The notes beneath the pieces were generated by a model. The model was given only the letters and a program-made list of their open reading frames with translations, was not told where the DNA came from and made no database searches. This document shows positions 51,201 through 64,000 of a DNA stretch of 64,000 nucleotides, one piece after another. The translations under genes were made by a program, and so were the position numbers. Source of the DNA: Cenococcum geophilum (lineage: Eukaryota). Location of the stretch: assembly GCA_050273025.1 (NCBI GenBank), contig CP158635.1:5456001-5520000 (forward strand), written 5' to 3'. The first letter of the stretch is position 1, and each line of letters starts with the position of its first letter.

Positions 51201-54200
51201 CTAAGAAATTATTATAGTTCTTTAATTAATATCGGGTCCTTCCATTCCTATAAGGCCTATATCTTCTTAGGGTCCATAGTTATACTATTAGTTAAGATAA
51301 TTAAGCCGAGGTATTTTGTTTTAGTAGAGTAGAACTTAGACTTATTAATATTAATCTAAAGTCTAACATTGCCGAGTTTTTAGATGACTTCATTTACATA
51401 CTTAGTGTACTCGGCGCGTGTTTTAGAAAAGATAAGAATATTATTAAGGTAGGCAGTATAGTAGTCGTTAAGGGCGTTATATAGAATATAGTTAATATAG
51501 TTCTAAAATATAGCGGGTGCGTTATAGAGGCTAAATAGTATAACTAGTATCTTATAGAGTCCGAACCAGGTAATAAATACTATAAGCTACTTATAGCCCT
51601 CTGCAATCCGGATCTAGTTAAACGCAGTAATTATATCAAGTTTAGTAAAGTACTTAGCGCCATAAAGTGCGTTAAGTGTCTTGCGGATTAGTAGCAGTAG
51701 GTATTAATTCTTAATAGTAACTATATTTAGGCCTTAGTAGTTATAGTAGATTTATACACCACCACTAGGCTTAGTAGCGAGGAGGAGTAGTATAGTAGCT
51801 GGTAAGGTCGATTTGCGGATAAAACCCTTATCTAGCATCTTATTAATCCACTTCTTTATACACCTAAGTTTAGCAGGTAAGAGTGGTCTATTTTTATAAT
51901 ATAGGGCCTAGTTTCCAGGGGTAATCTTAATTTTATAGTCCCATAGTTGGTAAGGGGGCAGCTTATCTATATTCTTAGGGAGGAAGTGCTTAATATATTT
52001 ACTAAACTCCTTTAGTAGGCGTTATAAAATATCTTCGCGGGTTAATCCTAGTTTACCTTTTAGGAATTTTTTAATATCGGTATTAACTATCTTCTGATGT
52101 AAAAGCTTGGGTTTAGTTTTTAGATTTATTTTAAGGAAGTTGTAAAAATAGGGGGGGAGCGCTTTACGGGCTTCCTTTATTGTATAGTCGCCTTCTACTA
52201 GCTAGCAGAAAGACCTTTTTAATAGGTTCGGTACTTCTATTAGGCCTATAGGCAGCTCTTTAAGCAGCTATTAGTGCTTATCTTATTTAACCAGTTCTAC
52301 TAGCTCCGCTATATAGATCCTTATTACCTTTATATCTTTTTATTTATAGAACTGGGTAAAATTAATAGTATAGGTATATTTAATATTGTCCAGGTTAAGG
52401 TATATCTGGCTCTCTAGTACTACGGCTAGGCTAGTACAGCTTAGTTAGCCCAGGGGGGCAGAAATAAGGCGGCGGCCCTATATGGTACGCGCAGGAGACG
52501 GGTATAAGGTTAGGCGTTACAGTGGCGCGGTTTTTATTATCCGGGTCTTAGTAGTTCTATAGCTAATCCTTACTATAACGCGAGCTGTTGTGTGCGCATA
52601 TAGCATATAGCTTAGTTCTAGGTATTAGGCTAGGCGGCTAGGGTTTAAATAGTACCTGGGTTAGGGTTAGTTTCTTAGTAGTAGCGGCATAAAGCGGACC
52701 TTCTTCCTTGGTCTTAGCAGGGCTAGCTAGCCCATTATTTTAGTCTTAAGTGCTAGGTTAGTCCAGTTTTCCACTATCTCATTTCTTTACAGCTGTATAG
52801 GCTCCCCTTTATTAGGAACGTCTTTTACTATTAGGGCTTTATATATAGTCCTAGGCACTAGGCTTAGTAGTACTAAGTGTCTATATAGGGCGTCCCTACT
52901 AACGTCGGCTATCCCCTACAGGAGGTAGTGCCTAGAGTAGTAGTTTAAGTTAAAGCAGATCTTGAGTTTCCTAAAGCTAGGACGGGGCTTATGCTTCTAA
53001 AGCCAGGGCATACCTAGGATAATTAGGGTAGTAGGCGAGAGTTTAGTAATAAAAAAGAGTATGGCTTTAGTATAGAGGCCGATTAACATTTAGGCGGTAA
53101 AGTAGTCCGTAATAAGCGAAGTTAGAATACTATCTACGAGGCGTAGTGGCCTAGGTGCTAGCAGCTTCTTAGTTATAACGTTATACTTTCTTATAATAGA
53201 CTCTATATTAGCAAATACTATTATAGTACTACCGGAGTCCACTAGGCTTACTATATTAATATAAACTTAGGGGTATAGATTACGTAATAAGGAGAGTTAG
53301 GTTTAAACAAGGATTAATTTTTTGTTACTATTTATTAATCTAAGATTAAGTGGCAGTTTACTAATAGAAAGGACTAATTAATCTAGTAATAGGGACCTAA
53401 TCTTCTCGTCTTCCTCCTTATATGGTTTAGACCCTTAGGCGCAACTTAGTCTAAGGGTCTACCTTTTAACAACTAGGGTATAGGGCTGTCTTAGCAGGGC
53501 GGTCCAGTGTCCATCTAGCTGGCGGTGTCTATCTTTATTTCAGTCGGGGTATAGGAAGATAATACCTCACCAATAACATGGCCGTGTTCGTATTCGCTAG
53601 CGTAAAGTCGCTAATACTAGGCATTATTAACGGGTTAGGCTCCTATATAGGGCATAGTTTAGAGTAACTGAGCTATAGGGTTAAAGGGGGGGGGTCGTCC
53701 GCCGCGGCCATAATAGGCTCCACGGTCGCCGCGTCTATAATAGACTTCACGGTCGCCACGTCCGCGGTTATTTATTTACGTCGTTTAATAGGGTAGTATT
53801 AGGACTAGGTTTACTGTCTTAGCGGGGTTATAGGCATCCTTTTAATAGCTGGGCAGGCTATAGGCAAGGCATAGTCTATTATTAACACGGCGCTTATACT
53901 CTATGTCTAAGATTCTATTAAGGTCCATAGGTTCTCTAGTTATTGCTAGGGTTAGGGTTAACATAAGGGTAGAGGCTTAGGCAGGTAGGCGGTGGTTAGC
54001 GTTCTTCTTAAGGTTGGCTTAGTATGTATAGTTTACAAAGTTCTTAGCAAATATATCCATCTGCTTACTCTAACCTATATAGTCACTATTATTAATTTTA
54101 TAGGCTAGTTTAAGTACTAGCTCTTCTATCTTTAGAGAGATAAACTTTTAGAGTAGGTCCACCTTCTGTTTATCTATCTTCTTAGCGCGGACTATTAGCT

Positions 54201-56914
54201 TATTAAGCTCTCCCTTCTAGGACTAGTAATTACGCTCGCCTTAGGGGAAATAGTTAAGCTTATTCTTTGCAACCTAGGTTATATTAAGGACCTCATAGTA
54301 GGCAGTAAGGTCTTTAAGCATATCTTCCTTAGTAGGCCATTTCCACGCAAATATATTATTTGGGTTCTTGTGTATAAGCTCTAGGCCCTACTTAATAAAC
54401 TCATAGGCCTTATCCTCTAGCATATCCGAGATATAAAGGATCTAGGACTAAACTATGTTAAAGTAGTCCCAGTCCTAGTTAAAGACTCCCTTAATCTTAA
54501 TATGCCAGGTTTTAAAATTAGCTTATTATTCTAGCGGGGTGCCTTTTCCGCTAAATATTAGCGGGTCTTTAGATCTCTATTTTTTCTGCTAGGTTACTAC
54601 CATTATTATAGGGGTTAATTGTTTTAGAACGGTAATAGTCTCTACTTAGGAGTTAATAGTTCCTATCTAGGAAGTAATAAGGGCACTAAGGTTTTCGTTA
54701 GCTTTCTTATTAGCGGTGTTTATATTATATATACACTATAGTCCTACTTTAATATTATTAAGGAACTCATTAGTATAGTTAACAAGGGTAAGGTAAGCTT
54801 TGCTAGGCTTAAAGGTCTTAAAGTATAGTAGGGAGCGGCGGATTATCCACGCGATATTGGGGTATGTCTCTATAAATAGGTCTATAAAAACGTCGCAGGG
54901 GTTCTAGGTTTTAGCCATTTCGGCGTTATTAGTATTACCTATTTAGGCGCTAGGTAAAAACTAAGGATTGTTCTAGGACTATACTAGGGACGTATTAGTT
55001 TTAGTAGAGGCGCGTATAGGTCGCGATTACTCTAGGGTAGAGGTCAATTAGCTAAAGTATAGGGAATTAGTGATTGCGACAGGGCCTAAATTAAAAATAC
55101 TATAAACTGTCACAGTGCTGCAATAAAGTAGACTAAATAACTACGTTATAGTATAAAGAGGGAAAGAAGGTAGAAAGGGGGTATTGTATACAAATAGTAG
55201 GGCCGGCCGCTAAGTCGCTAGTGGTGGGCCAGCCAATAGTAGGGAATAGTACGAGACAGTATAAAACAGTATGCGTTAGGTCAGTGCCGTAACAGAACCC
55301 AGAAAATCACGATATATTTACTACTTCTTTTTATAAGGCCCTCGCTGTACTACAATTCTATTAGCCTTATTGTAGGCCCTTATAACTTTACGCGTATTTA
55401 TTTCTTTACGCTTCTAGGCCTTAATTACCTTATTAGCAGCCTTAGCTATAACCGCAATTGCTAGGCTACTATATATAAACTTTTCGTACGGAATATGCTA
55501 TGTATCCTCATCCTCCTCCTAATCTAGTAGATTAGCTAGTACTGCAAGCGTACACGCACAAGCTAGTATCTCTAGAAGGTGATTCTCTATAAAACCTGCA
55601 TCTACAGGCGTTATTGCCCATAGTAATAGCATTTGAATTTAGCTTAGTATAATAGCGGGATTAAAAGGAATTAGCCCTGATTTTGCCCAGGCGCTTAGGA
55701 CTATACTTCTTTTAAATGTGTTAAGGCGAACTTTATATAGAGCTTATAGAAATTCTATCTTATTAAAATCTATATAGCTATTTCAAAAGGCCCTAGCTAC
55801 AGCTTACTCGTACTAGTGCTTATATAGCTAAAAAAAACTATAATATTAAGAGGCTAATAAATATGCGTTATATACGGAATTGTAGCAAATAAGATAATTA
55901 AATAGTCGTCGTAGAACTGTATAAATTGCCTAGTAAAATAGCTGGTGTGGCCATCTAGGATAAGGAGTCAATTTTTGCTAATTTAGCGCTTCTTAAACCA
56001 CTTTTCAAAGTAAATAGCCCACTTTAATAGTAGCTGATTGTTAATATATATAGTGTTGCTTACTGCTAGCAAGTAATTGCCTGGCAGCTTATCTATATAG
56101 TTTTACCTACTAAAATAACAAGTAGAGGCCCTATAACTCCATCACTAGAAATTACCTCTGCGACCGTAGCTAATTCGCGGCTGGTATCCTTTACAGCAGT
56201 AATTTAAAAGGCCTTTAAAGTTATAATTACCTTCTCTTTCTTACCTACGCCTAGGCGTACGCCTATTTCATTATAATTATATATATCTCCCACTATAATT
56301 TTATAAAGCCCTACCACGCGATTATAGTCCTCGTACTAGCGCGATAGCGCTATTAGGTCTTCTACCGCCTACCTTTCTAGCTCCTTAGGATTCTTAGTAC
56401 GTAGGCTAAATTTAGGGTAGCGCTTAAGAAATCTGTTGGTCTAATAGCCGCCACAAAGTGGTGGTTCTTCTAGGCCGGTGTAACGCGATTTAAGTATATA
56501 ATTACACTCCCACTTAAGCTTCTAGACTGTCGCACGCGTTCTAAGCGCGTCATGGCGATGTAGCCATATTATAAGGCCCTTCTCCTTATGTAGAGTAAGT
56601 AGTAGATTATAAGCTAGTAGTCTAAGCTATGCAGGGAGTCCATTGACGCGATTCTTAACGCGGTCGTATTTAGCGCAGAAATGGCGCGCAGCAGCAGCAA
56701 TAGAAGGAAACTTATTAGCTGTATAGGCAGCAAAGGCCTTTTAGACCTTAGCCTCATCTTTAAGAGAATTAGAAGTTATAGTTGTGGTATAATTATCACG
56801 GTTAAAGTTCAAAGTTGTTTTCTGGGTTCCTTAGTGGCCTATATACCGTACTAGCAGCCACTAAGCTAGTAAGGTAGTGTTAGTTAAAGTTTACAAAAAT
56901 TAAAACGCTACGGG
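48290..56914 (-). mobile_element. pogo-type transposon (about 1.7 kb net) nested in the hAT
   Basis: About 98-bp TIRs starting CCCGT(G/A)GCGTTTT with TA TSDs. The minus-strand transposase from about 56780 has YNYDETG, LLILDGHTSH and HTTHICQPLD. Confidence 0.92.
48380..55294 (-). mobile_element. Full-length Gypsy/chromovirus nested in the pogo TIR
   Basis: 187-bp LTRs (48380-48566, 55108-55294), TSD GAACC and PPT GGGGAGAGGAG. Gag, protease LVDSG, RT KLDIITAFN and YLDDILIFS, RNase H, integrase and chromodomain are all present. Confidence 0.95.
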
Positions 56915-59719
56915 TAGGTAAGATCTAAGAACTATAAAAGCCCTATAAGAGTTGGTAAATAAGAAGACCTTTTTTAACTCCCTTATATACTTAATCGTCA
57001 CTCGCAATCTCCCCCATATAATTATTAAGTGGCTAGAGTTTTAAGCCTTTTTATAAATCTGTAACTATACGTTAATAGAAGAGGGCAGGCCCTTATATAA
57101 ATCTCGCAGGAGCGTACCTATTCTAATTAGCAAGACGTTTATAATTTTAAAGGATTATATAAAGTTAAGGCTCTAGAGAGCTAAGTTAAAGATCTACGTT
57201 ACTATTAACTGTTAGACGGCTCTAAATAAGACAGCTTTCTAAGTAGTTACTACTTATTTTATAAACAAATTAAACCAGCTATTAAAAGCTATAATTGTAT
57301 TAAAAGAGCATAAAAAGGTATATGGAGGTAAATAGTAGGCGGAGGTAATAATAAAGGTAATTAAGGAGTACGAGATTCCTAAGAGCTAAATTAGTTACCT
57401 TACTAGTAGGCTTTATTTCCTACCTCTGCTACTATTAAGTTCTATACTAAATATACCTAATTTAGGTAATAACTACGGTAGCAATAATAAGCTCTATTAA
57501 ATTCTGTAAAAGCGCTTCCCTTTTTAAAATACTATACAGCACCGAATTCACTATATTAGCTATATTATTAACCTTATAGTATAAGCCTTCCTTTTTTATA
57601 AAGACAAAGAAGCTATTAAAGTTGTAATTTAGGCAGTAGAGGAACTCCAGCGGGAGGAGTAATACTTAAATATTTACTTTAAAGGAGAGTATAACTAAGA
57701 CGAAGCTACCTAAGAGAAGTGGCGAGAGATTGGAGCCCTAGGTAAGATATATAATATCGCCGTATAGTTAAGGCGTTTAATAGAGCGATATTAAGCCTTC
57801 CTAAAGCTAGCTAAGAAGATACTAAAGCGCGATAATAATATAAGGTGGAACTTATAGCTTCTTATACTAGAGTTAGCAATAAAGCTTAAGACTATAATTT
57901 AAGCCTTTTTAGATTTATACTATAAAGAGATAAGTGCTAATGCTCTTAGTTGCGATAAATAGGACATAATCTATAAGACAATCGCGATTTTACTACCGTT
58001 TAAAGATATAATAAAGGCCTTAAAAGGCGATTTAATAACTCTAAATAAGGTTCTTTAGAGTATAGATTTCCTTATTAAATATATAAAAGAGATACAGCAG
58101 GAGCATATCTTTAACGCTTACCTCTTAGCGTCTTTTTTAACGATTTGGTTTGCTTTTAATAAGTACTATACCTTAATTAATAAAACACTAGTATATGCGG
58201 TAGCCTTACTACTTAATTTAACGCTTTAATGGGCCTATCTTAATAAAAGCTAGAAGACGATTAATAAGCGTTACCCTAGTATAATTAAGTAAGCGATTAA
58301 GGCTACGCGAAAGCTATAGTAGAAGGAATATAAGTTTAAGCTAATTAATGGTAGGTTAACTAGGCAAGTAGATCTAGATCTAATTAAGAATAAATATAAG
58401 AGGTGGTAATATATAAGGGAGCTTAAGAGCCTATCTAATGACGATAAATTTAAACGATTTATTACTGTAAGATCTGCCTTTAATATTTATAATACTACCT
58501 AACTTCTTATAGGCAAATCCTCTACAATTAATTGCCGGCTTCTCCCTTACTTAGTAGCTTAAGCCCTTTTAGTAAAAGCTCTATCTAAGGCTCTCTTAAA
58601 TGGCTATTAATATCCTCTTTATACTAGCAATATCTACTAAAGTAAAACAAGTCTTTTCGGGTGTACAGCGAATGATATTATAGTTATAATATAGGCTTAG
58701 AGCCACGGTAGTTAAATAAATAAAGTGCTTAAAAAGCTAGGTACGCGAAGTCGTTAAATCTAGTAATTTTATGTCGGCAGAGGTAGTAGCTAAGGTGTTA
58801 AATATTAAGGGAGGAGTTAGTAATATGGGTAGTAATAATATAGGCAATAGCTAGGTATTAAATAAGGAAGATTGGCACAATTAAGAGCCTTCCTAAACAC
58901 TAAGAGGCTATTACTAATTTTAAGTAAATGTAGGAAGATCTAGGTAAGCCCTATAGAGCTATCTACTATATTAAAAATTAGATTCTAACCCTAAATATAG
59001 GTAATTAATATAACTACGCAATTAAATCGCAATCGCCTCTCGTGATTATATAATAATCGCAATTAAACGGCTGATTATAATTATATAGTTATTGCTATGT
59101 CTGCTAACTTATAAGCTAATTAATTAGGATTTTCTATACCTAGTATAGAAAATCGCTATTAGCTCGCTTACTATCAGCGCCTTAGCAGCCCTTTTAATAT
59201 TTTTAACCTACTACCTAGTAATCCTTATACTAAGAGCGGTATACTATACTAGAAGTAAGAGTTAAGGTAATAAAGGTTAGTAGTTTTAGTTTTAGTATAT
59301 AGGTAAAAGGCTTTTAATAACTATTATATATAATACTACGTATGCAGCCTCTAGGCTATAGCGCTATAGTTCTATATATATAAATCCTTTTTAGGCAACT
59401 TAATATATACTAGTAGCTAAGTAAACAATCTTACCTAATTTTTACCCGAGGAGTTCTAGTTCGTACTAAGGGAATCCTAGCTCTTTTATCTATTTCTACT
59501 ATATTTTACCGTTTTTAGAGCAGAAAAAGCGCTCTAAAAAATAGACTTTAAGTTTAATAAAATAGTTTTATATATAAAAATAAGAGAAACCTAATAGCTT
59601 GCTAGCTTTAAAGCGCCACCAATTACCTTTATATAACCTTTTTTAATTCTATATCCTATTTCTTCTCCTTACTTAAGAAATAGATAGGGAATTAGTAATA
59701 GTGGTAGCAGTTATTGTCT

Positions 59720-59905
59720 GCGTCTACGGCGCGTCTGCGGTGCGTCTACGGTACCTCTACCGTGCGCCTATAGCGTTGTAGTTGTCTATAATACGACAGC
59801 TATATACTAGTTATAGTAGAGGTCGTCTATAGCGCGATAGCTATAGACTGGTTATAGTGGAGGTTATCTATAGCGTAATAGCTATAGACTAGTTATAGTA
59901 GATAT
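59720..59905. repeat. Short tandem repeats (11-bp GCGTCTACGGT-like and about 41-bp units)
   Basis: Direct units visible. The parent element was not identified. Confidence 0.6.
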
Positions 59906-60286
59906 TGTAATATACTAGTATTAGACGTCTAGTAATATGTCTTTAGGGGCCATATAGCCTATAACGCTAGGGAAGCGACGGCTAAAAAAACTTATATATA
60001 TTAGTCTAATTAATATAGAACTATAGAACTATATAAACAACCCTAAATTAAACTTCACCTACTATATATTAATATACCCTTTAGCTAGACCAATATAATA
60101 TTACTTTTTAATATTAGAAAAGTAAAATAAGTTAATATAATATAATATAATATAATAATATATTACTTATGTTTACTAAAGTTAAAAAATATTTATATTA
60201 TAATTTTTAAACCCTTTTTATAATTTATAACTACTATAGTTTTTATAATTACTATAACTTTATAACAGGCTCTTCTAAAAGGTATA

Positions 60287-60458
60287 TATCACGGATTCCG
60301 ACCGTAGCACCGCCAAGGGCTCGCCTAGCGAGCCTTGGCACCCACAGTATATAGAGCCACGGTGCCTTCGCACCTCTTTGCACCTTCGTGCAATATCCTG
60401 TCGTGTACATAGCCAATGCTACGACGTTCCCAGAGCCTCCTGACCGCGCTCCGTGACA
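60287..60458. mobile_element. 172-bp solo LTR
   Basis: T(A/G)TCACGGA...TCCGTGACA inverted ends, TSD GTATA on both sides, and an internal TATATA. Confidence 0.9.
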
Positions 60459-62215
60459 GTATATTAGATAAAATAGTAGTTAAATAAATAAAAGTTTTAC
60501 TAATGTCCTACTAATATCCTAAAGAAGATATAGTTAGGTAAATAAGGGGTAATAGGTTTTATGTAACGTGTCCCGCACTACGTCGCTATATAGCTAAAAT
60601 AATAGAGACTAATCGCGAATCTATCGCGACTCTTGCGGGACCCAATATATATACTTTTATATTTTATTAGTGTTTTAAAAGGATTATAAAGGGAGCTAGT
60701 TCTCATTTAGAGAAGAATTAGCAATTAGTCTCTAAATAGAAGAGGTTAGAATGCAATTGTCCTTTAAATACGTAAAGCTTATTCTACCTTCTACTTACCT
60801 TTTACTTACCTTCGGCTTACCTATAACTCTTATTTAATACTATTAATTAGATAATTATACGTTCTAATTAAACTAACCTCTTACAACAATATAGTTAACT
60901 CTCGTTATACCAATACCCGATTTAGCAATATTCTTAATTAAATTTTACTTGTCCATTATAAATTACCCTACCTACTAATATTTAATATATTGCTGCTAAA
61001 CCACCATTTTTTATTATGTTAAATTGACTAACACTGCGGTATACTCTTAAGATAGGCCGTAAGGGTATTACTAACGTTTACCGTAAAGCTCTATAAGACT
61101 AGTATAATTACTAATATCCTCGCCCGCGTTAAAAAGCGAATATTATATAGTTTAAGAAGAAGCTTTAATACTAAATAAACTAGTTAATAGTCTTAGAAAG
61201 TTATAGTAACTATTACCAATACCTTAACACAATATCCTCCTTATTAGCGACTTAGTTAATTAAGGCACGGATATATTAAGAGAGACGCGTAAGCCTGTAT
61301 AATTAGATTGTCTATAAACGAGGATCTAGAGCTAGAAAAAGGAAAGAAGAAGAAGAGTGGCGCTGGTTAAAGTAGGGTTCTTTTATACAGTCTTCTAGTT
61401 ACGTAACTATAGCAATTTTCTATACCAGGTATAGAAAATCCTAATTAGTTAGTAGAAGTTAGGGTCCGTAGAATATAGCAAGTAGTATACCCTAGCACTA
61501 TTATAGTTAGATTCTTAATATAGGAAGCCTATAGAAATTTCTTAATCTACCTAAGGAGAATAGCATTAAATAAAGGGGGAAGATAAGCCCTAAGCAGTAA
61601 TTAATTATTATACTAGTGTAGAGGTATTTAGTAACGACGATTAGGAGTATATTGTTATAGGATACCCCCATAACATCTTGTACACATCTACCTGTTTTTA
61701 CCGACTTAGCAATTAGAAATTAACCGCGAAATAGTAATCTAATAGCAATCTAATAGCAATCTAACGGTAATCTACGGCATTCTGCTATATTCTGCTAAGT
61801 TCTACTAAATTCTACTAAGTTCTGCTAGGATTATAACCTAAACCCTATTCTACCCTATGTACATATTAACTAAGCAACTAAGTTAATAATATATGCCCTT
61901 TTTTCCCATTTTCCTACCTTCTCTCCTTACGCAACGTCTTAACCTCCTTATATAGTTTATATATATATAGCTTAATAATATCTACTTTGCTATATATTAT
62001 CGCCGCTTATACTTACTCTGCAATACTATATTACGTTAACTTTATATACCACCACTAAAATATAAAGCAACTCTAAAACCCCTATAATAGCCGCCGGCAT
62101 TATATCTATACTTTAAAAATAACTAGTAGAGATATAGAAGTCTTTTATAAACGCTCTTATATAAAACTAAGTCACTTTAAATTAATAATAAGCCGAATAA
62201 GAAGCATAATACTAG

Positions 62216-62453
62216 TGTAGGAGGGTACGACCTCTCTAAGATGAGAAAGTCATAGTGCTGTTAGTCAGTCAGTCAGTCGGTCAGTTAGTCGGTTAGTTGT
62301 AATTAGTTAGTAGAATAGTTAGTAAGAAAGAAAAGAGTGTATTTCTGGTAACTAGTAGAGTCGTAATATATATAATAGAGGGAAGAAGGAAGGAAGCCGA
62401 AGGCTTTATAAATATAGGAAAATGCTAAGATAGTAGGCGACGTCCAATCTACA
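62216..62453. mobile_element. Probable 238-bp solo LTR with a (GTCA)n tract
   Basis: TGTAG...CTACA ends interrupting the start of a Gypsy gag. The TSD could not be resolved. Confidence 0.55.
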
Positions 62454-64000
62454 CCACCACACTAGTAACTAATTAAGGACCTCTAAGAAGAAATCCGTAC
62501 GCTTAAGATATCTATATTAAGGCCTTAAGACCAAATACTATCCCTAGAGATAAATATATAGAACATAAGCCCTAAACATATAATAGCTATTTACCCTAAA
62601 CCAGCTATTGCACTATAACGATCGAATAATTACCTAACCCCCTAGTATTTACTAGTAAACGGCAAGAGCTCTAATTATTAAGCTAGCTTAAGAATAAGCT
62701 AACTAGTAACGCTAACCGTTACCTAACTAAAGCTAACTAACTCTACTACACCCTAAGCTAACTAGGAGGAAAGGTAGCTAACCTTATTAAACCCCTTTAA
62801 CTAAACTTAGTATAAAGCCTAGTTATACTTCTTAAAGCTATATATAGGGATTTAAACCGCTAAGCTACTACTTAGAGAAAGATAAACTATATAGCTTAAG
62901 GAATAAAGAGTTTCCCAGTATACTTCTCCGAATTTAATTATTACGTAAAGACAACTGGCTAGAACGACTCTATACTAGTTAACAGCCTTATTAAATCTTT
63001 AAGCCCTAAACTAAAAACCTCCCTAATAGGCGTAGACCTACTAGGAGCCCTTAATGCCTACGCAAACGTTATTAATAAACGGTATAATAATATACTACGC
63101 CTAACACCGAAATACGCTCCTTAATATAATATAATAGCCCCGCGAACGTCTACTAAGTTATCTTAGCTTAAGCACCCTAATGCTATAGATATTAACACTA
63201 GGACCCTAGAATACGCCCTACTAGGGTCCTTTAAATATAAAAGTAACTCCTACTTCTCTAACTACTACTCTATCCTTATACCTAAACACTATTTATAAAC
63301 GGCTAATACTAGTAACCATTTACCGTATTAATCTTCCTGTTACTATCCCTAATTTTTACCTAGTTCTAGCCCCGTGTCTAGTAAGCACTACTTATAAGGA
63401 TAAAGCTATAACTAATATTCTATAGAAACCCCTTCCCACTTACTACTAAAAGGTATATTTTAGAGTTAAGTTGCTTTCTAGAACGGTTCTGCCTTAGGAT
63501 CTTATTAAATGCTTTAGATATTACAAACCCTAACTCTTAGAAGCGTAGCATAACTATTAACTATTATCTATAGTAGAATAATTAATAGGCTAATATTTAA
63601 GTCCTAATTAATATAGGAGCTAGTAATATAGGATTTATTAACAAGACCTTTACGTAAGATAATAGTTTTACCTTAACCCCCCTTAACCGGCATATTAACA
63701 TATTTGGATTTAATGGCAAACGTATAGTTTTAAGCTAAATTACCTATATAGTATACCTAAGACTTTAATACCTAAACTATAAAGAACTAATTAAACTTTT
63801 CGTTACTACCCTAGATTACTTAGTAATCCTTAAATAACCCTAGATAAAGCTATATAAGGTAACTATTAATTAGAACAACCTTAAGCTTCTATTTACCGCC
63901 TCCCGTTATAAGTAGAAGTGCCTTATAACTTATTACTTAAACCTAAATCTAAAATCTAAAAAATCTACTAAGATCTACTAGTCTAAAATTTCTATAACTG
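62454..64000 (+). mobile_element. Gypsy gag-protease region (RIPed), continuing beyond the window
   Basis: De-RIP motifs PDPPVFTGKRQEL, LKNKLTGNADRYP, YFSEF, PDAMDID, VLIDTGAS..GFID, VIL..PW.K.H. Confidence 0.85.

Larger units (their letters stand above)
47479..59103 (+). mobile_element. hAT DNA transposon (about 3.0 kb net), RIP-inactivated, with nested insertions
   Basis: TIR CAGACATAGCAATAA and an 8-bp TSD CTAACTTA (47471-47478, 59104-59111). De-RIP motifs: BED finger YCKWC...HL...H, HVTIDCWT, RIRCIGHIINL, RDNDTRWNSW, IPAMSAEVERVFS. Confidence 0.93.

Noticed and set aside
26221..60463. Repeated GTATA/TATAC TSDs suggesting sequence-specific integration
   Set aside because: RIP collapses many 5-mers to this pattern and the background is TA-rich, so specificity cannot be inferred.
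60900..61370. Possible transposase C-terminal fragment
   Set aside because: It looks coding, but I could not identify a diagnostic motif or termini, so no call was made.

Overview
The window is a heavily RIP-mutated, AT/TpA-rich block of nested transposons from a filamentous ascomycete. CpA/TpG are converted to TpA while CpG is retained, and CAA/CAG/TGG codons have become stops. Almost all of it resolves into elements, most with boundaries and target-site duplications (TSDs) readable by eye. LTR elements: a classical Copia remnant, three full-length GalEa-type Copia elements plus a deleted derivative with non-matching ends, five Gypsy copies (four with chromodomains) and several solo LTRs. 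DNA elements: three pogo/Fot1 transposons, one hAT, two foldback MITEs, an internally deleted Tc1-like element, and a 2.6-kb TA-flanked element built almost entirely of minisatellites. The only apparently intact host gene is a three-exon RBR (RING1-IBR-Rcat) E3-ligase-like gene at 45401-46684 with a degenerate catalytic domain. The most unexpected signal is a non-coding palindrome/CCAAT module. It is present five times, is shared between the 3' UTRs of unrelated Copia and Gypsy elements, and carries a compensatory base change. All calls come from manual reading and 'de-RIP' reasoning; no database search was run.
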